A DNA stretch of 64,000 bases from an uncultured Alphaproteobacteria bacterium (GTDB lineage Bacteria > Pseudomonadota > Alphaproteobacteria > Sphingomonadales > Sphingomonadaceae), in NCBI GenBank assembly GCA_963754215.1, contig CAVWER010000003.1, positions 285,566-349,565 of the forward strand. Direction: 5' to 3'. The position numbers and the translations under genes were made by a program. Below, one piece after another: positions 54,034-63,906 of the stretch. Each line of letters begins with the position of its first letter. Within the stretch, counting starts at the first letter, position 1. Under the pieces are notes generated by a model. The model did no database searches. It saw only the letters and a program-made list of their open reading frames with translations, and had not been told where the DNA came from.

Positions 54034-55330
54034 CATTTCATCGGGATCGGCTTGCCTTGGACCATAACATAGTCGACTGCGCTGCACCGCAGCCGGATCG
54101 GTGAGCGGGTCTCCCTCGACTGCAATCAGGTCGGCAGACTTGCCCGGGTCAAGCGTCCCGGTCTCGCCCGAAAGACCCATCAGACCGGGCCCGCCCTTGG
54201 TCGCGGCGATCAGCGCGTCGCGCGGGGTCATTCCGCCCTTGGTCACCATCAGCGCGAGCTCCTTGGCCGCGTCCTTGTGCGGCGCGACGGCGCTGTCGGT
54301 GCCGAGCGCGATCTTCACGCCGGTCCGGTAGGCGAGGTTGAGGCCGCGGCCCCATACCGCGAATGTCTGCTGCGCCTTGGCTTCGGATTCGGGCGCGAGC
54401 TTGCCGGTGCCAATCAGCCCCTGGACACCGCTGAAGGCCAGGAGCGTCGCCGAATAATAGGTTCCGTGGGCCTTCATCGCCTGCGCGCCGGCGGAATCGA
54501 GGAACGTGCCGTGCTCGATCGAATCGACGCCCGCCCGCGTCGCCGCTTCGATGCCGCGAGCGCCATGGGCGTGGGCTGCGACCTTGAGGTGCATCGAATG
54601 GGCCATGTCGACGATGCGCCTTCATCTCGGCGTCGGTGAAATGCTGCTCGAGGCCCATCGCGCCGGGATCGAGCACGCCGCCGGTGGCCATGATCTTGAT
54701 CACGTCGACGCCGCGGGACCCCAGTTCGCGGACGACCTTCTGGCATTCCTCGACGCCGGTGCAGACGGCGGGGCTGAGATGCGCATCGTCCACGGCCCTG
54801 GCTAGCTCGGGCGGAAGGCCGGTGGCGTAGTCGGCGTGCCCGCCGATGATCGACAGCGGATCGCCGGAGACCTTGATTCGTGGACCGGGAAAGCGGCCTT
54901 CGGCGATCGCGTCGCGCACGGCGATGACGCCGGCCGTGTCGCCGCCAAGATCGCGCACCGTCGTGAAGCCTGCGCGCGCCATTTCCAGCGCATGGGTGAG
55001 CCCCAACGTGGTGCCGTAAGGGACCGAATATTTGATAGTGTAAGTGGAATACCATGGCGTTCCGGCCGTTTGGTTCAAATGGACGTGAACGTCGGTCATG
55101 CCCGGCATTACGGTGCGGCTGCGCTCGTCGACGATGATCGCTCCGGCGGGCGCGGTGAAGCCGCTGTCGATGCGGGCGATCCGTCCGTTCTCGACGATGA
55201 CGGTCGAATTGCCCCGCGTAGGCTGAGCGGCATCGACGATGAGCCGTCCGGCCTGGATTGCGTAGGTCTCGGAATTGGCCGCGGTCGCGGCGACTAGCGC
55301 GGCTGCGCCCGCTAGCAGATATTTCAGCAT
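54033..55330 (-). CDS. Secreted amidohydrolase (Xaa-Pro dipeptidase-like; frameshifted)
   Basis: MPGMTDVHVH, GFTTVRDLG, IKIMATGG, AAHAHG, SIEHG, GTDS, GKSADL. Confidence 0.88.
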
Positions 55331-55379
55331 TGAGGACCCCTCTCTCAGGCGAGCGACCCTAGCGCCGTCGCGGCCCGCT

Positions 55380-56981
55380 TCAAGTTACCAGTGCCTTCAA
55401 TGTTTCAATGCGGTCGGCTTCCTCGGCCGGCTTGTCGGTGCGGATCCGGCTGATCCGCGGGAAGCGCATCGCAAGGCCCGACTTGTGGCGGGTGCTGGTG
55501 TGGATGGAATCGAACGCGACTTCGAGCACAAGGCTCTTTTCGACCTCGCGCACCGGGCCGAACCGCTCGACCGTGTGGCCGCGGATCCAGCGGTCGAGCC
55601 AACGCAGTTCCTCGTCGGTGAAGCCGAAATATGCTTTGCCAACGGGGAGCAGCTCGCCCTCTTCGGTCCAGCAGCCGAACGTGTAATCGCTGTAATAGCT
55701 TGAGCGCTTACCCGACCCGCGCTGGGCGTACATCAGGACGCAATCGGCGATAAGCGGGTCGCGCTTCCATTTGTACCACAGGCCGGCGCGGCGCCCGGCG
55801 ACGTAAGGGCTGTCGCGGCGCTTGAGCATGATGCCCTCGATCGCGACGTCGCGGGCGTTGGAACGCAGGTCCTCCAGCTCCTCAAAACTCGCCGCGTCGA
55901 TCAGCTGCGAAACGTCGAACCGCTCGGCATCGAGTTGCCTGGCGAAGCCCTCGAGCCGTTGGCGCCGCTCTGTCCACGGCAGCGCGCGCAGATCCTCGAC
56001 CCTGTCGTACAGGATGTCGTAGAGCCGGACGAAGGCGGGATAGCTCCCGAGCATCTTTTGCGTGACGTTCTTGCGGCCGAGACGCTGCTGAAGCGCGTTG
56101 AAGCTCGCCGCCGCGCCGCCGTGAACGTCGGCGAGGCCCTGATCCCGTCCGCGCACGAGCAGCTCCCCATCGAGCACGCCTTTGGTTCGGAACGCTCCGG
56201 CAACGTCGGGAAAGCTCCCGGATATGTCGTCGCCGGTGCGGCTGTAGAGGCGCGTCTCACTGCCGGCATGGACGAGCTGGACGCGGATCCCGTCCCACTT
56301 CCACTCGGCCGCATAATCGTCGAGCGAGACCCTGGTCTCGTGGAGCGGATGGGCGAGCATGAAGGGACGGAAGACAGGAATGTCGCGGGCGATCGGCTGT
56401 TCGGCGCGTCCCTCCGCCCATTCGAACAATTCGGCGAATGGCGGCTTTAGGCCGTGCCAGACCTCTTCGACGGCATCGAGCTCGAGCCCGAATGCCTGGG
56501 CCAGCGCCTGCTTGGCGAGCCGGGCGTTGATCCCGACGCGAAGCTCGCCGAGCGCCAGCTTGAGCAGCGCGAACCGCCCCGACGCGTCGAGATGGTCGAG
56601 CATTCTGGCGAGCGCCCGCGGCGCATCCAGCTTCGAGGCGGATCGCAGCTGCTCGATCGCCTCGCTGATGCTGATGGTCGCATCGTCGACTTCGGGCGGC
56701 TCCCCCGCTGGCGTGGGCCACAGCAGGGACACCGTCTCCGACGTGTCGCCGACATAATCCCGGCTCATGTAGAACAGCACGGGATCGATCCGTTCCTCGA
56801 CCAGGCCGCGGATCGCGGCGGGCTTGACGTGCGGGATGTCGAGCGTGGCGGTGAGCGCGGCGAGGCCATAGCCGCGGTCGGGATCGGCCGTTTCCTTGAG
56901 GTAATCGCCGATGAGCTTGAGCTTGGTGTTGCGCGAGCGCGTGTAGACGAGGTCGTCGAGAAGCTGCGAGAAAGCGCGCAT
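55380..56981 (-). CDS. ATP-dependent DNA ligase (DNA-damage response type)
   Basis: PFMLAHP, EWKWDGIR (KxDG), LDGEL, EGIMLK, WYKWK, RFPRI.RIR.DK. Confidence 0.92.
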   Translation of the reverse strand: MRAFSQLLDDLVYTRSRNTKLKLIGDYLKETADPDRGYGLAALTATLDIPHVKPAAIRGLVEERIDPVLFYMSRDYVGDTSETVSLLWPTPAGEPPEVDDATISISEAIEQLRSASKLDAPRALARMLDHLDASGRFALLKLALGELRVGINARLAKQALAQAFGLELDAVEEVWHGLKPPFAELFEWAEGRAEQPIARDIPVFRPFMLAHPLHETRVSLDDYAAEWKWDGIRVQLVHAGSETRLYSRTGDDISGSFPDVAGAFRTKGVLDGELLVRGRDQGLADVHGGAAASFNALQQRLGRKNVTQKMLGSYPAFVRLYDILYDRVEDLRALPWTERRQRLEGFARQLDAERFDVSQLIDAASFEELEDLRSNARDVAIEGIMLKRRDSPYVAGRRAGLWYKWKRDPLIADCVLMYAQRGSGKRSSYYSDYTFGCWTEEGELLPVGKAYFGFTDEELRWLDRWIRGHTVERFGPVREVEKSLVLEVAFDSIHTSTRHKSGLAMRFPRISRIRTDKPAEEADRIETLKALVT

Positions 56982-57022
56982 TCACGCCTTCAATGCACGA
57001 ACGCCCTTAGAGTGTCGAAATC

Positions 57023-57331
57023 CTAGTGCAGGCGGATCGCGAGCGCGGCGAGGATTGTCGTGCAATCGCGCGGGCTATGGCTGTCGAGCGCGTCCTGGGC
57101 CCGTTCGAGGCAGGATTGCATGGCGAGGCGATGGCCGGGCAGAAGCGCCAGCTGCGAGGAGTAGCGCGACACGCTTTCAAGCGCGGCGAGGCCGTGTTCG
57201 GCGGCAAGCTGCCGGATCGCATCCATGCGGGCATAGAGGTCGAGTGGCGAGAGGCTGGGTGCGGCGTCGCGGATTTCGGACAGGCGCTGGCCGACCTGGG
57301 CTCTCACGAAATCGATCGGATCGGTCGCCAT
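57023..57331 (-). CDS. Small all-alpha hypothetical protein
   Basis: MATDPIDF start with AGGAGG SD; helical pattern; CtrA-like box upstream. Confidence 0.7.
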   Translation of the reverse strand: MATDPIDFVRAQVGQRLSEIRDAAPSLSPLDLYARMDAIRQLAAEHGLAALESVSRYSSQLALLPGHRLAMQSCLERAQDALDSHSPRDCTTILAALAIRLH

Positions 57332-57369
57332 CTTCGCCTCCTGATTGAAGGCAAAGTCTCGCACTTTAG

Positions 57370-57384
57370 TTAAGGGGCCGTTAC
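57370..57384. promoter_or_regulatory. CtrA-like box
   Basis: TTAA-N7-TTAC between the divergent hypothetical gene and rpmG. Confidence 0.55.
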
Positions 57385-57481
57385 GACCTTGGCTCGGTTG
57401 ACAAATCGGCCCGGTGCGTCATTGGCGCCACAACTTGGGCGGCACACTGCCGCCTTTATCTTTTGTGCCTGGGAATTTGCG

Positions 57482-57650
57482 ATGGCCAAGCCGGCAACCG
57501 TCAAGATCAAGCTCGTCAGCTCCGCCGACACCGGCTTCTTCTACGTGACCAAGAAGAATCCGCGCAACCAGACCGAGAAGATGAGCTTCCGCAAATACGA
57601 CCCCGTAGCGCGCAAGCACGTCGAGTTCAAAGAAGTCGAAGATCAAGTGA
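57482..57650 (+). CDS. rpmG: 50S ribosomal protein L33 (Cys-less form; indel near 3' end)
   Basis: [43 protein letters not shown]. Confidence 0.95.
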
Positions 57651-57674
57651 ACCGAGCGGCATAGCCGCGAGGGA

Positions 57675-57700
57675 CTCATCCCCGCGAAGGCGGGGATTCA
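57675..57700. repeat. REP-like hairpin between convergent rpmG and divK
   Basis: CTC-ATCCCCGC-GAAG-GCGGGGAT-TCA. Confidence 0.6.
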
Positions 57701-57702
57701 CA

Positions 57703-58164
57703 TCAATCCGAGGTCTCCTCGCCTCCCGCCTCGTCGGGGCCCGGTGCACCGATTTCATTGTTCTCCGTGCCCTCGTCGGGGGCGATCTCGCCGTCGTGAC
57801 CATGCTCCAGCAACTGGTCCACTGTCTGCGCGAAGCGCATCACCGAGATCGGTTTCGACACATAGGCTTGTGCGCCCGCGGCCCGGATCCGTTCCTCGTC
57901 CCCGCGCGCCGAATAGGCCGTCACAGCCATGATCGGCACGTCGGCGAGCTGATCGTCGGCGCGGATCAGCCGAATGAGGTCGAGCCCGGTCACATGGGGC
58001 AGCTGGATATCGGTGATGACGAGGTCGGGGGAAAATTGATGCGCCGCATCGATCGCCTGGCGGCTGTCGGTGACTGCTTCGGGCTCATGGCCATGCGCCG
58101 CGAGCAGGTCGCAGAACAGCTTGATGTTGAGCGCATTGTCCTCGACGATCAGGATCTTGGCCAA
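57703..58164 (-). CDS. divK: Single-domain response regulator DivK
   Basis: ILIVEDNALN.KLF.DLL, DIQLP.VTG, AVTA...GDEERIR..G..AYVSKPISV; rpmG/DUF3572 synteny. Confidence 0.85.
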   Translation of the reverse strand: MAKILIVEDNALNIKLFCDLLAAHGHEPEAVTDSRQAIDAAHQFSPDLVITDIQLPHVTGLDLIRLIRADDQLADVPIMAVTAYSARGDEERIRAAGAQAYVSKPISVMRFAQTVDQLLEHGHDGEIAPDEGTENNEIGAPGPDEAGGEETSD

Positions 58165-58201
58165 AATGCTTCCTTCAACTGCTGCGGATCAACCGTAAGC
58201 G

Positions 58202-58477
58202 ATGCGCCCCGAGACGCCAAACGATCCCCACGCGCTCGGCCTGGCGGCACTTGCCGCCACGCTCACCGACGAACGGCGCGCCCACCGGTTCCTGGACCTG
58301 ACCGGAATCGGGACAGATGCGCTTCGGCACAGGGCGGACGACCCTTTCTTGCTCGCCGCCCTGATCCGATTTCTCGAGGCCTATGAGCCCGATTTACTGT
58401 CCGTATCGGAGCAGATTGGCGTAAAGCCCGCCGCGCTGACCGAGGCCCGGGAGCAGCTTGAGCGAGGAACCGCATGA
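58202..58477 (+). CDS. DUF3572 family protein
   Basis: LAALA...D..R..RFL.LTG....LR....DP..LAA...FL...E.DL; divergent from divK. Confidence 0.82.
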   Translation: MRPETPNDPHALGLAALAATLTDERRAHRFLDLTGIGTDALRHRADDPFLLAALIRFLEAYEPDLLSVSEQIGVKPAALTEAREQLERGTA

Positions 58478-59220
58478 CCAAGACCATCCTCATCACCGGC
58501 GCGACAGCGGGCTTTGGGCACGCAGCGGCCCTGCGTTTCGGCAAGGCCGGCTGGCGAGTGATTGGTACGGGGCGCCGCGGTGATCGCCTGCGCGCGCTTG
58601 CCGATGAACTCGGCGAGGGGTTCCTTCCGCTCGAGATCGACATGCGCGACATTGCAGCAGTCCAAACCCTCGCACAGCTCGAATCGCCGTGGGGCGAGAT
58701 CGACCTGCTGCTCAACAATGCCGGCCTCGCGCCGCCCATGGCGGGCCTACCCGACACCGACTGGGACCGGATCGAAGCGGTGATCGAGACCAACATCACT
58801 GGGCTGGTCGCGCTGACTCGGGCGCTGCTGCCCAGGCTGATCGGGCGCAAGGGCGCGATCATCAATCTGGGATCGGTCGCCGGCACCTATCCCTACAAGG
58901 GCGGCGCTGTTTATGGCGGCACCAAAGCCTTCGTTCATCAATTCTCGCTCGATTTGCGCGCGGATCTGGCCGGCACCGGCGTTCGTGTAACCTCGATCGA
59001 GCCGGGCATGGCCGAGACCGAGTTCACCTTGGTCCGCACCGGCGGCGACAAGGAAGCGTCGGACAAGCTTTATGCGGGCGTGAACCCGATGACCGCCGAC
59101 GATATTGCCGACACCATCTGGTGGATCGCCAACCTGCCGCCGCACCTCAACATCAACGCGATCGAACTGATGCCGGTAAACCAGAGCTTCGCCGGGTTCA
59201 CGGTCCACCGTCAGGGTTGA
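58474..59220 (+). CDS. SDR oxidoreductase (YdfG-like)
   Basis: ITGATAGFG, NNAGLA, YGGTKAFV, IEPGMAETEF. Confidence 0.9.
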   Translation: MTKTILITGATAGFGHAAALRFGKAGWRVIGTGRRGDRLRALADELGEGFLPLEIDMRDIAAVQTLAQLESPWGEIDLLLNNAGLAPPMAGLPDTDWDRIEAVIETNITGLVALTRALLPRLIGRKGAIINLGSVAGTYPYKGGAVYGGTKAFVHQFSLDLRADLAGTGVRVTSIEPGMAETEFTLVRTGGDKEASDKLYAGVNPMTADDIADTIWWIANLPPHLNINAIELMPVNQSFAGFTVHRQG

Positions 59221-59251
59221 TTCCTCCGGCGCGCGGTGCTTGGGCCCGCGC

Positions 59252-59713
59252 ATGAACATCGACCAGCGCCTCTTCGAACTCGGGATCGTCCTGCCCCAGC
59301 CCGCCGCGCCGGTGGCGGCCTATGTCCCTGCGGTAGAGCATGGCGGGTTGCTCCACATTTCCGGCCAGATCAGCTTCGCCGAGGACGGCAGCCTGATCCT
59401 TGGCCGCCTTGGCGAGGACCTCGAGCTGGACGACGGAATCGCGGCGGCGCGCCGCTGCGGAGTGATGCTGCTGGCGCAGATCAAAGCCGCGCTCGGCTCG
59501 CTCGACCGGGTCGAACGGATCGTCAAGCTGGGCGTGTTCGTGAACAGCGCGCCCGCATTTACCGACCAGCCCAAAGTCGCGAACGGTGCTTCGGAACTGA
59601 TGCAGGAGGTGTTCGGCGAGGCCGGACGCCATGCCCGCAGCGCGGTCGGGGTCGCGGTTCTTCCGCTGGGCGTGGCCGTCGAAGTGGATGCGATCGTCGC
59701 GGTCCGCTCCTGA
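59252..59713 (+). CDS. RidA family protein
   Basis: AYVP, ISGQI, VANGASEL, GRHARSAVGV..LPLG.AVEVD. Confidence 0.9.
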   Translation: MNIDQRLFELGIVLPQPAAPVAAYVPAVEHGGLLHISGQISFAEDGSLILGRLGEDLELDDGIAAARRCGVMLLAQIKAALGSLDRVERIVKLGVFVNSAPAFTDQPKVANGASELMQEVFGEAGRHARSAVGVAVLPLGVAVEVDAIVAVRS

Positions 59714-60417
59714 CCCACGGGACTCGATCCCCTTGGCCCGGGCCGGCCGGATTCGCCCATCGCGGGTTGCATGAAGGCGTCGCAGTTCCCTGAAAACAGC
59801 CTGGTCGCTTTCGCCGCCGCGCTCGAACTCGGCGCCGGGATCGAATGCGACCTGCGCCTGACCGCCGATAACCGGATCGTCGTGTTCCATGACCGCGACG
59901 CCTGGCGGATGTGCGCGCAGCCCGATGAAGATTGGCGAATCGACGCTGGCGGAGCTCGGCCGGCTGAGCGTCGGCGGCCATCCGATCCCGACGCTGGAAA
60001 GCCTGCTGACCCTGGTCGCGGGGCGAGTCCCGCTGCTGCTCGAAGTGAAGGTCGAACGGCGACATCTGGCGCTGGGTGCCCGCGCTGCGAGCGGGCCTTG
60101 CGGATTATGCCGGCCGCTTCGGCGTGATGAGCTTCGATCCGCGCGTCCCGCGGCTGCATGAAGACCAACCTGCCCGGGGTCCGGCGCGGGCTGATCGTCC
60201 GCGACCGCTATCCACCGCTGCGCCGCAACCTGGCGATCGCTGGCTCGCCTCGCCGCAATTCCTCGCGGTCGAGCGGCTGGCGCTCGGCAAGCCTTGGGTC
60301 GAGCGCATGCGCCGGCGAATGCCGGTCTACAGCTGGACGATCCGCACCTTGGAGCAGCGCAGGCAAGCCGAGGTTCATGCCGACGCCCTAATTTGGGAAG
60401 CCGATGGCCGACCGTGA
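59688..60417 (+). CDS. Glycerophosphodiester phosphodiesterase family (frameshifted; start approximate)
   Basis: AHRGLH, PENS..AF, GIECD, VFHD, LLEVK, MSFDP, SWTIR. Confidence 0.82.
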
Positions 60418-61549
60418 AATCGGAGATTGTCGCGAAGATCGCGTCGGGCGTGGCGGGGCTCAATGCGCGCGCGTGGGACCGCCTCGCCGGCGGCGATCCG
60501 TTTCGTCAGCCATGCCTTCCTTGCCGCGCTCGAAGATTCGGGCAGCGTCGGCCCCGGCACCGGCTGGACGCCCGCGCCGATCCTGATCGAGGACGATGGC
60601 GCACACATGGTCGCCGCGGCTCCCGCTTATCTCAAGGCCCACAGCCAGGGCGAATATGTGTTCGACCATGGCTGGGCCGAAGCGTGGGAGCGGGCCGGAG
60701 GCGAATATTATCCCAAGCTCCAGGTCGCGGTGCCCTTCACGCCGGTGCCGGGGCTGCGGTTGCTTGGGAGCCGCCCGCAGCATCTGCTCGCCGCGATCGA
60801 AGGCGGTGACCGCTCAGAACGAGATGTCGTCGGCCCACATCACGTTCATCGACGAGGCCAGGGCCGCCGAAGCCGAGCGCCGCGGATGGCTCATCCGCGA
60901 GGGCATCCAGTATCACTGGTTCAATCGCGGCTATGCGAGCTTCGACGATTTCCTCGGCGCGCTGACCAGCCGCAGCGCAAAGCGATCCGCAAGGAGCGGG
61001 CCGCAGGCCCGCGACGGGCTGCGAGTTCGAAGTGCTGCGCGGCGGAGCGATCGGCCCGGCCGAATGGGATGCGATGTGGAATTTCTACCAGGACACCGGC
61101 AGCCGGAAGTGGGGCCACCCCTACCTGACCCGCGAATTTTTCGATCTGATCGGCGAGACGCATGGGCGACAAGCTGCTGTTGTTTCTTGCCTACCGCGGA
61201 TCGCAGCCGATCGCCGGCGCGCTCAACTTCATCGGGCCGGACGCGCTCTACGGGCGTTACTGGGGATGCACCGAAGAGGTGCCGTTCCTCCACTTCGAGC
61301 TTTGCTATTATCAGGCGATCGAATGGGCGATCGATCATGGTCTCGCCTGCGTCCAGGCCGGTGCGCAAGGCGAGCACAAGCTCGCGCGCGGCTATGAGCC
61401 GGTGATCACCCGCTCGGCGCATTTCATTCCCAACCCCGGCTTTCGGGCGGCGGTCGCCGAGTTCCTGGGCGGCGAGCGCGCCGGCAATCGCGACCGAAGC
61501 CGAATGGCTGCGCGAGGGCCTGCCCTACCGTTCGTCCTCGCCTGAATAG
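60414..61549 (+). CDS. GNAT/FemAB-like DUF482 protein (frameshifted)
   Basis: ALEDSG, YLK.HSQGEYVFDHGWA, YYPKL..AVPFTP, YGRYWG, LHFELCYYQ, GAQGEHK. Confidence 0.9.
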
Positions 61550-62456
61550 ATCGCGACGAAACGGCCGGCCGAATCGGCCATGCCGCGGTACATCGCGGGC
61601 GTCGTGAAGCCCCACGCCGCTTCGCCCGACGGGCGAGACCGCGATCAGCCCGCCTTTGCCGCCAAGCGCGGCGATGTCGGCGAGCACGCCATCGAGCGCC
61701 TGCTGCAGTGGCTCGCCGCCGATTCGCACGCGCGCGGCCAGTTCATGGGCCGCTGCGGCGCGGATGAAATATTCGCCCGATCCAGTCGCCGACACCGCGG
61801 CGGCGCGATCGTCGGCATAGGTGCCGGCGCCGATCAACGGCGAATCGCCGACCCGGCCCCAGCGCTTGGCGGTCAGCCCGCCGGTCGAGGTCGGCGACCG
61901 CGACATGGCCGTCAACGTCGAGAGCGACCGCGCCGACGGTGCCGTATTTGACCTCATCGTCGAACCCGCCTTCGCTAAGCAGCTGATCGAGCTGGCGCCG
62001 CCGCTCGGGAGTCTCGAACCAATGGTTGTCGACCTGCTCGAGCCCGGCCTCGCGCGCGAAGTCGTCGGCGCCGTCGCCCGGACAGGAACACGTGCGGGCC
62101 GTGCTCCATCACCAGCCGCGCCAGGCTGATCGGCGCGCGCGTCGTCCGCAGCCCGGCGACCGCCCCGGCGCGGCGGGTGCGCCCGTCCATGATCGCCGCA
62201 TCGAGCTCGATCACGCCCGACGCGGTCAGCACGCTGCCACGCCCGGCGTTGAAGCAGAGATCCTCCTCGAGCACCCGGACCGCAGCCTCGACGGCGTCGA
62301 TGCGCACTTTCGCGCTTCGACAAGGATCGCCGAGCCGGCGGCCAGCGCCGTTTCGAGTCCGTCGCGGGCGCATTTCTCGGTCTCCGGATCGAGGGTGCCC
62401 GGGCGCATCGATCCCGCGCCGCCATGGACCACCAATCGCCAGACTTGTTCGGTCAT
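61525..62456 (-). CDS. Isoaspartyl peptidase/L-asparaginase (Ntn hydrolase; frameshifted)
   Basis: VHGGAG, FNAGRGSV, ELDAAIMDG, GTVGAVA, TSTGG, GRVGDSPLIGAGTYA, SATGSGE. Confidence 0.9.
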
Positions 62457-62492
62457 CGCGCGCCCATAGCCGCCGGCCCGTTCCGATTCCAG

Positions 62493-62530
62493 TTGACGGC
62501 TTCGGCTGTGCATATTATTCTGATATCAGA
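62493..62530 (+). promoter_or_regulatory. Sigma70-like promoter with overlapping operator palindrome
   Basis: TTGACG-N17-TATTCT; perfect palindrome TCTGATATCAGA at 62519-62530. Confidence 0.65.
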
Positions 62531-62546
62531 TTTAAGGGAGGCAAAA

Positions 62547-63450
62547 TTGGCCAACGACAAAGTCATTGCCCTGACGGCAACGAGCGAGCGGCCGGCATCG
62601 ACGGTAAGCGGCTATGTGATGCTGATCGCTGCTGCTGCTGGCGATTCTCGCCGACGTCTACGCGATCAGCACACTGCCCGAAGGTCCCGGCGGAACGTTC
62701 AACGTCGTGACGCTGATCGTCTCGACCGTCGTGTTCATCCTGGTGATGCCGGGCTTCTACATGCTCCAGCCCAACCAGGCCGTCGCGATCACCTTGTTCG
62801 GCGATTATCAGGGGACCGACCGAGTCACCGGCCTGCGCTGGACCTGGCCGTGGATGGGCAAGAAGAAGCTGTCGGTCCGCGCCAACAACTTCATTTCCGA
62901 GAAGATCAAGGTCAACGACCTGCGCGGCAACCCGATCGAGATGGCGGCGCAGATCGTCTGGCGCGTGGTCGACACCGCCCAGGCGCTGTTCGACGTCGAC
63001 GATTACAAGCAGTTCGTCCGCGTCCAGGTCGAAGCCGCGATCCGCACCATCGGCTCGCGCTATCCCTATGACGATTTCGAGCATCAGGAGGTCACGCTTC
63101 GCGGCAATCACGACCAGGTCGGCGCCGAGCTTCGGACCGAGCTTCAGGCGCGCCTTGCGGTCGCTGGGATCACGATCGACGAATGCGGCTTCACCCATCT
63201 CGCCTACGCGACCGAAATCGCGGGTGCGATGCTTCGTCGCCAGCAGGCGCAAGCGATCGTCGCGGCGCGCCGCACCCTGGTCGACGGCGCGGTCGGAATG
63301 GTCGAGATGGCGCTGGCGTCGTTGTCCGAAAAGAAAGTCGTCGAGCTCGACGACGAGCGCCGCGCGGCGATGGTCTCGAACCTGATGGTCGTCCTGTGCG
63401 GCGAGCGCGACACGCAGCCCGTGGTCAACACCGGAACCTTGTACACCTAA
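62547..63450 (+). CDS. SPFH/band-7 domain membrane protein (frameshift near 62640)
   Basis: GGAGG SD and TTG; two TMs; LFGDYQG, KVND.RGNPIE, W.VVDTA.A.F.VD, HLAYA.EIA.AML.RQQA. Confidence 0.88.
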
Positions 63451-63459
63451 GGCCGGGCG

Positions 63460-63660
63460 GTGAGCGGCGAGCGCAAGGCCTATCCGCTTCGGGTCGATCC
63501 CGCTTTATGGGCGGCGGTCGAGCGCTGCGCCGCCGCCGACCTTCGCAGCGTCAATGCCCAGGTCGAATGCCTGCTGCGCGAGGCGCTCGGCGCGCGCGGC
63601 GTGAAATTGAAGGCGCCGGAACCGCGCAAGCGCGGGCGTCCGCCAGGGAGACATAAATGA
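63460..63660 (+). CDS. Arc-like ribbon-helix-helix DNA-binding protein
   Basis: RKAYPLRVDPAL...AAADLRSVNAQVECLLREAL; C-terminal RGRP. Confidence 0.8.
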   Translation: MSGERKAYPLRVDPALWAAVERCAAADLRSVNAQVECLLREALGARGVKLKAPEPRKRGRPPGRHK

Positions 63661-63905
63661 GCGACGATGGCCCCGAATGGTTCGCGCCCAAGCGCTTCGG
63701 CTATGGCGCGGGACTGCCGATCCGTGGCAGGGCTGGGCGATCACGATCGGCTTCCTCGCGATCTCGATCGTGCTCGCGCTCCTGTTCGCACAACAGGCCC
63801 CTCCTGTTCATCGCGGCGGTGATCCCGATCACCGCCACCTTGCTGGTGATCGCGGCCAAAACCACCCGCGGCGGATGGCGCTGGCGCTGGGGCGAGGACG
63901 ACTGA
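63657..63905 (+). CDS. Small two-TM membrane protein (frameshifted)
   Basis: WFAPKRFGYG.G.P..WQGW, two hydrophobic helices, KT.GGWRWRWG. Confidence 0.7.
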   Translation: MSDDGPEWFAPKRFGYGAGLPIRGRAGRSRSASSRSRSCSRSCSHNRPLLFIAAVIPITATLLVIAAKTTRGGWRWRWGEDD

Positions 63906-63906
63906 G

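Noticed and set aside
63460-63905. Toxin-antitoxin pair
   Set aside because: The RHH gene has no adjacent HicA, RelE, PIN or similar toxin; context fits an operon repressor better, although toxicity of the small membrane protein is untested.
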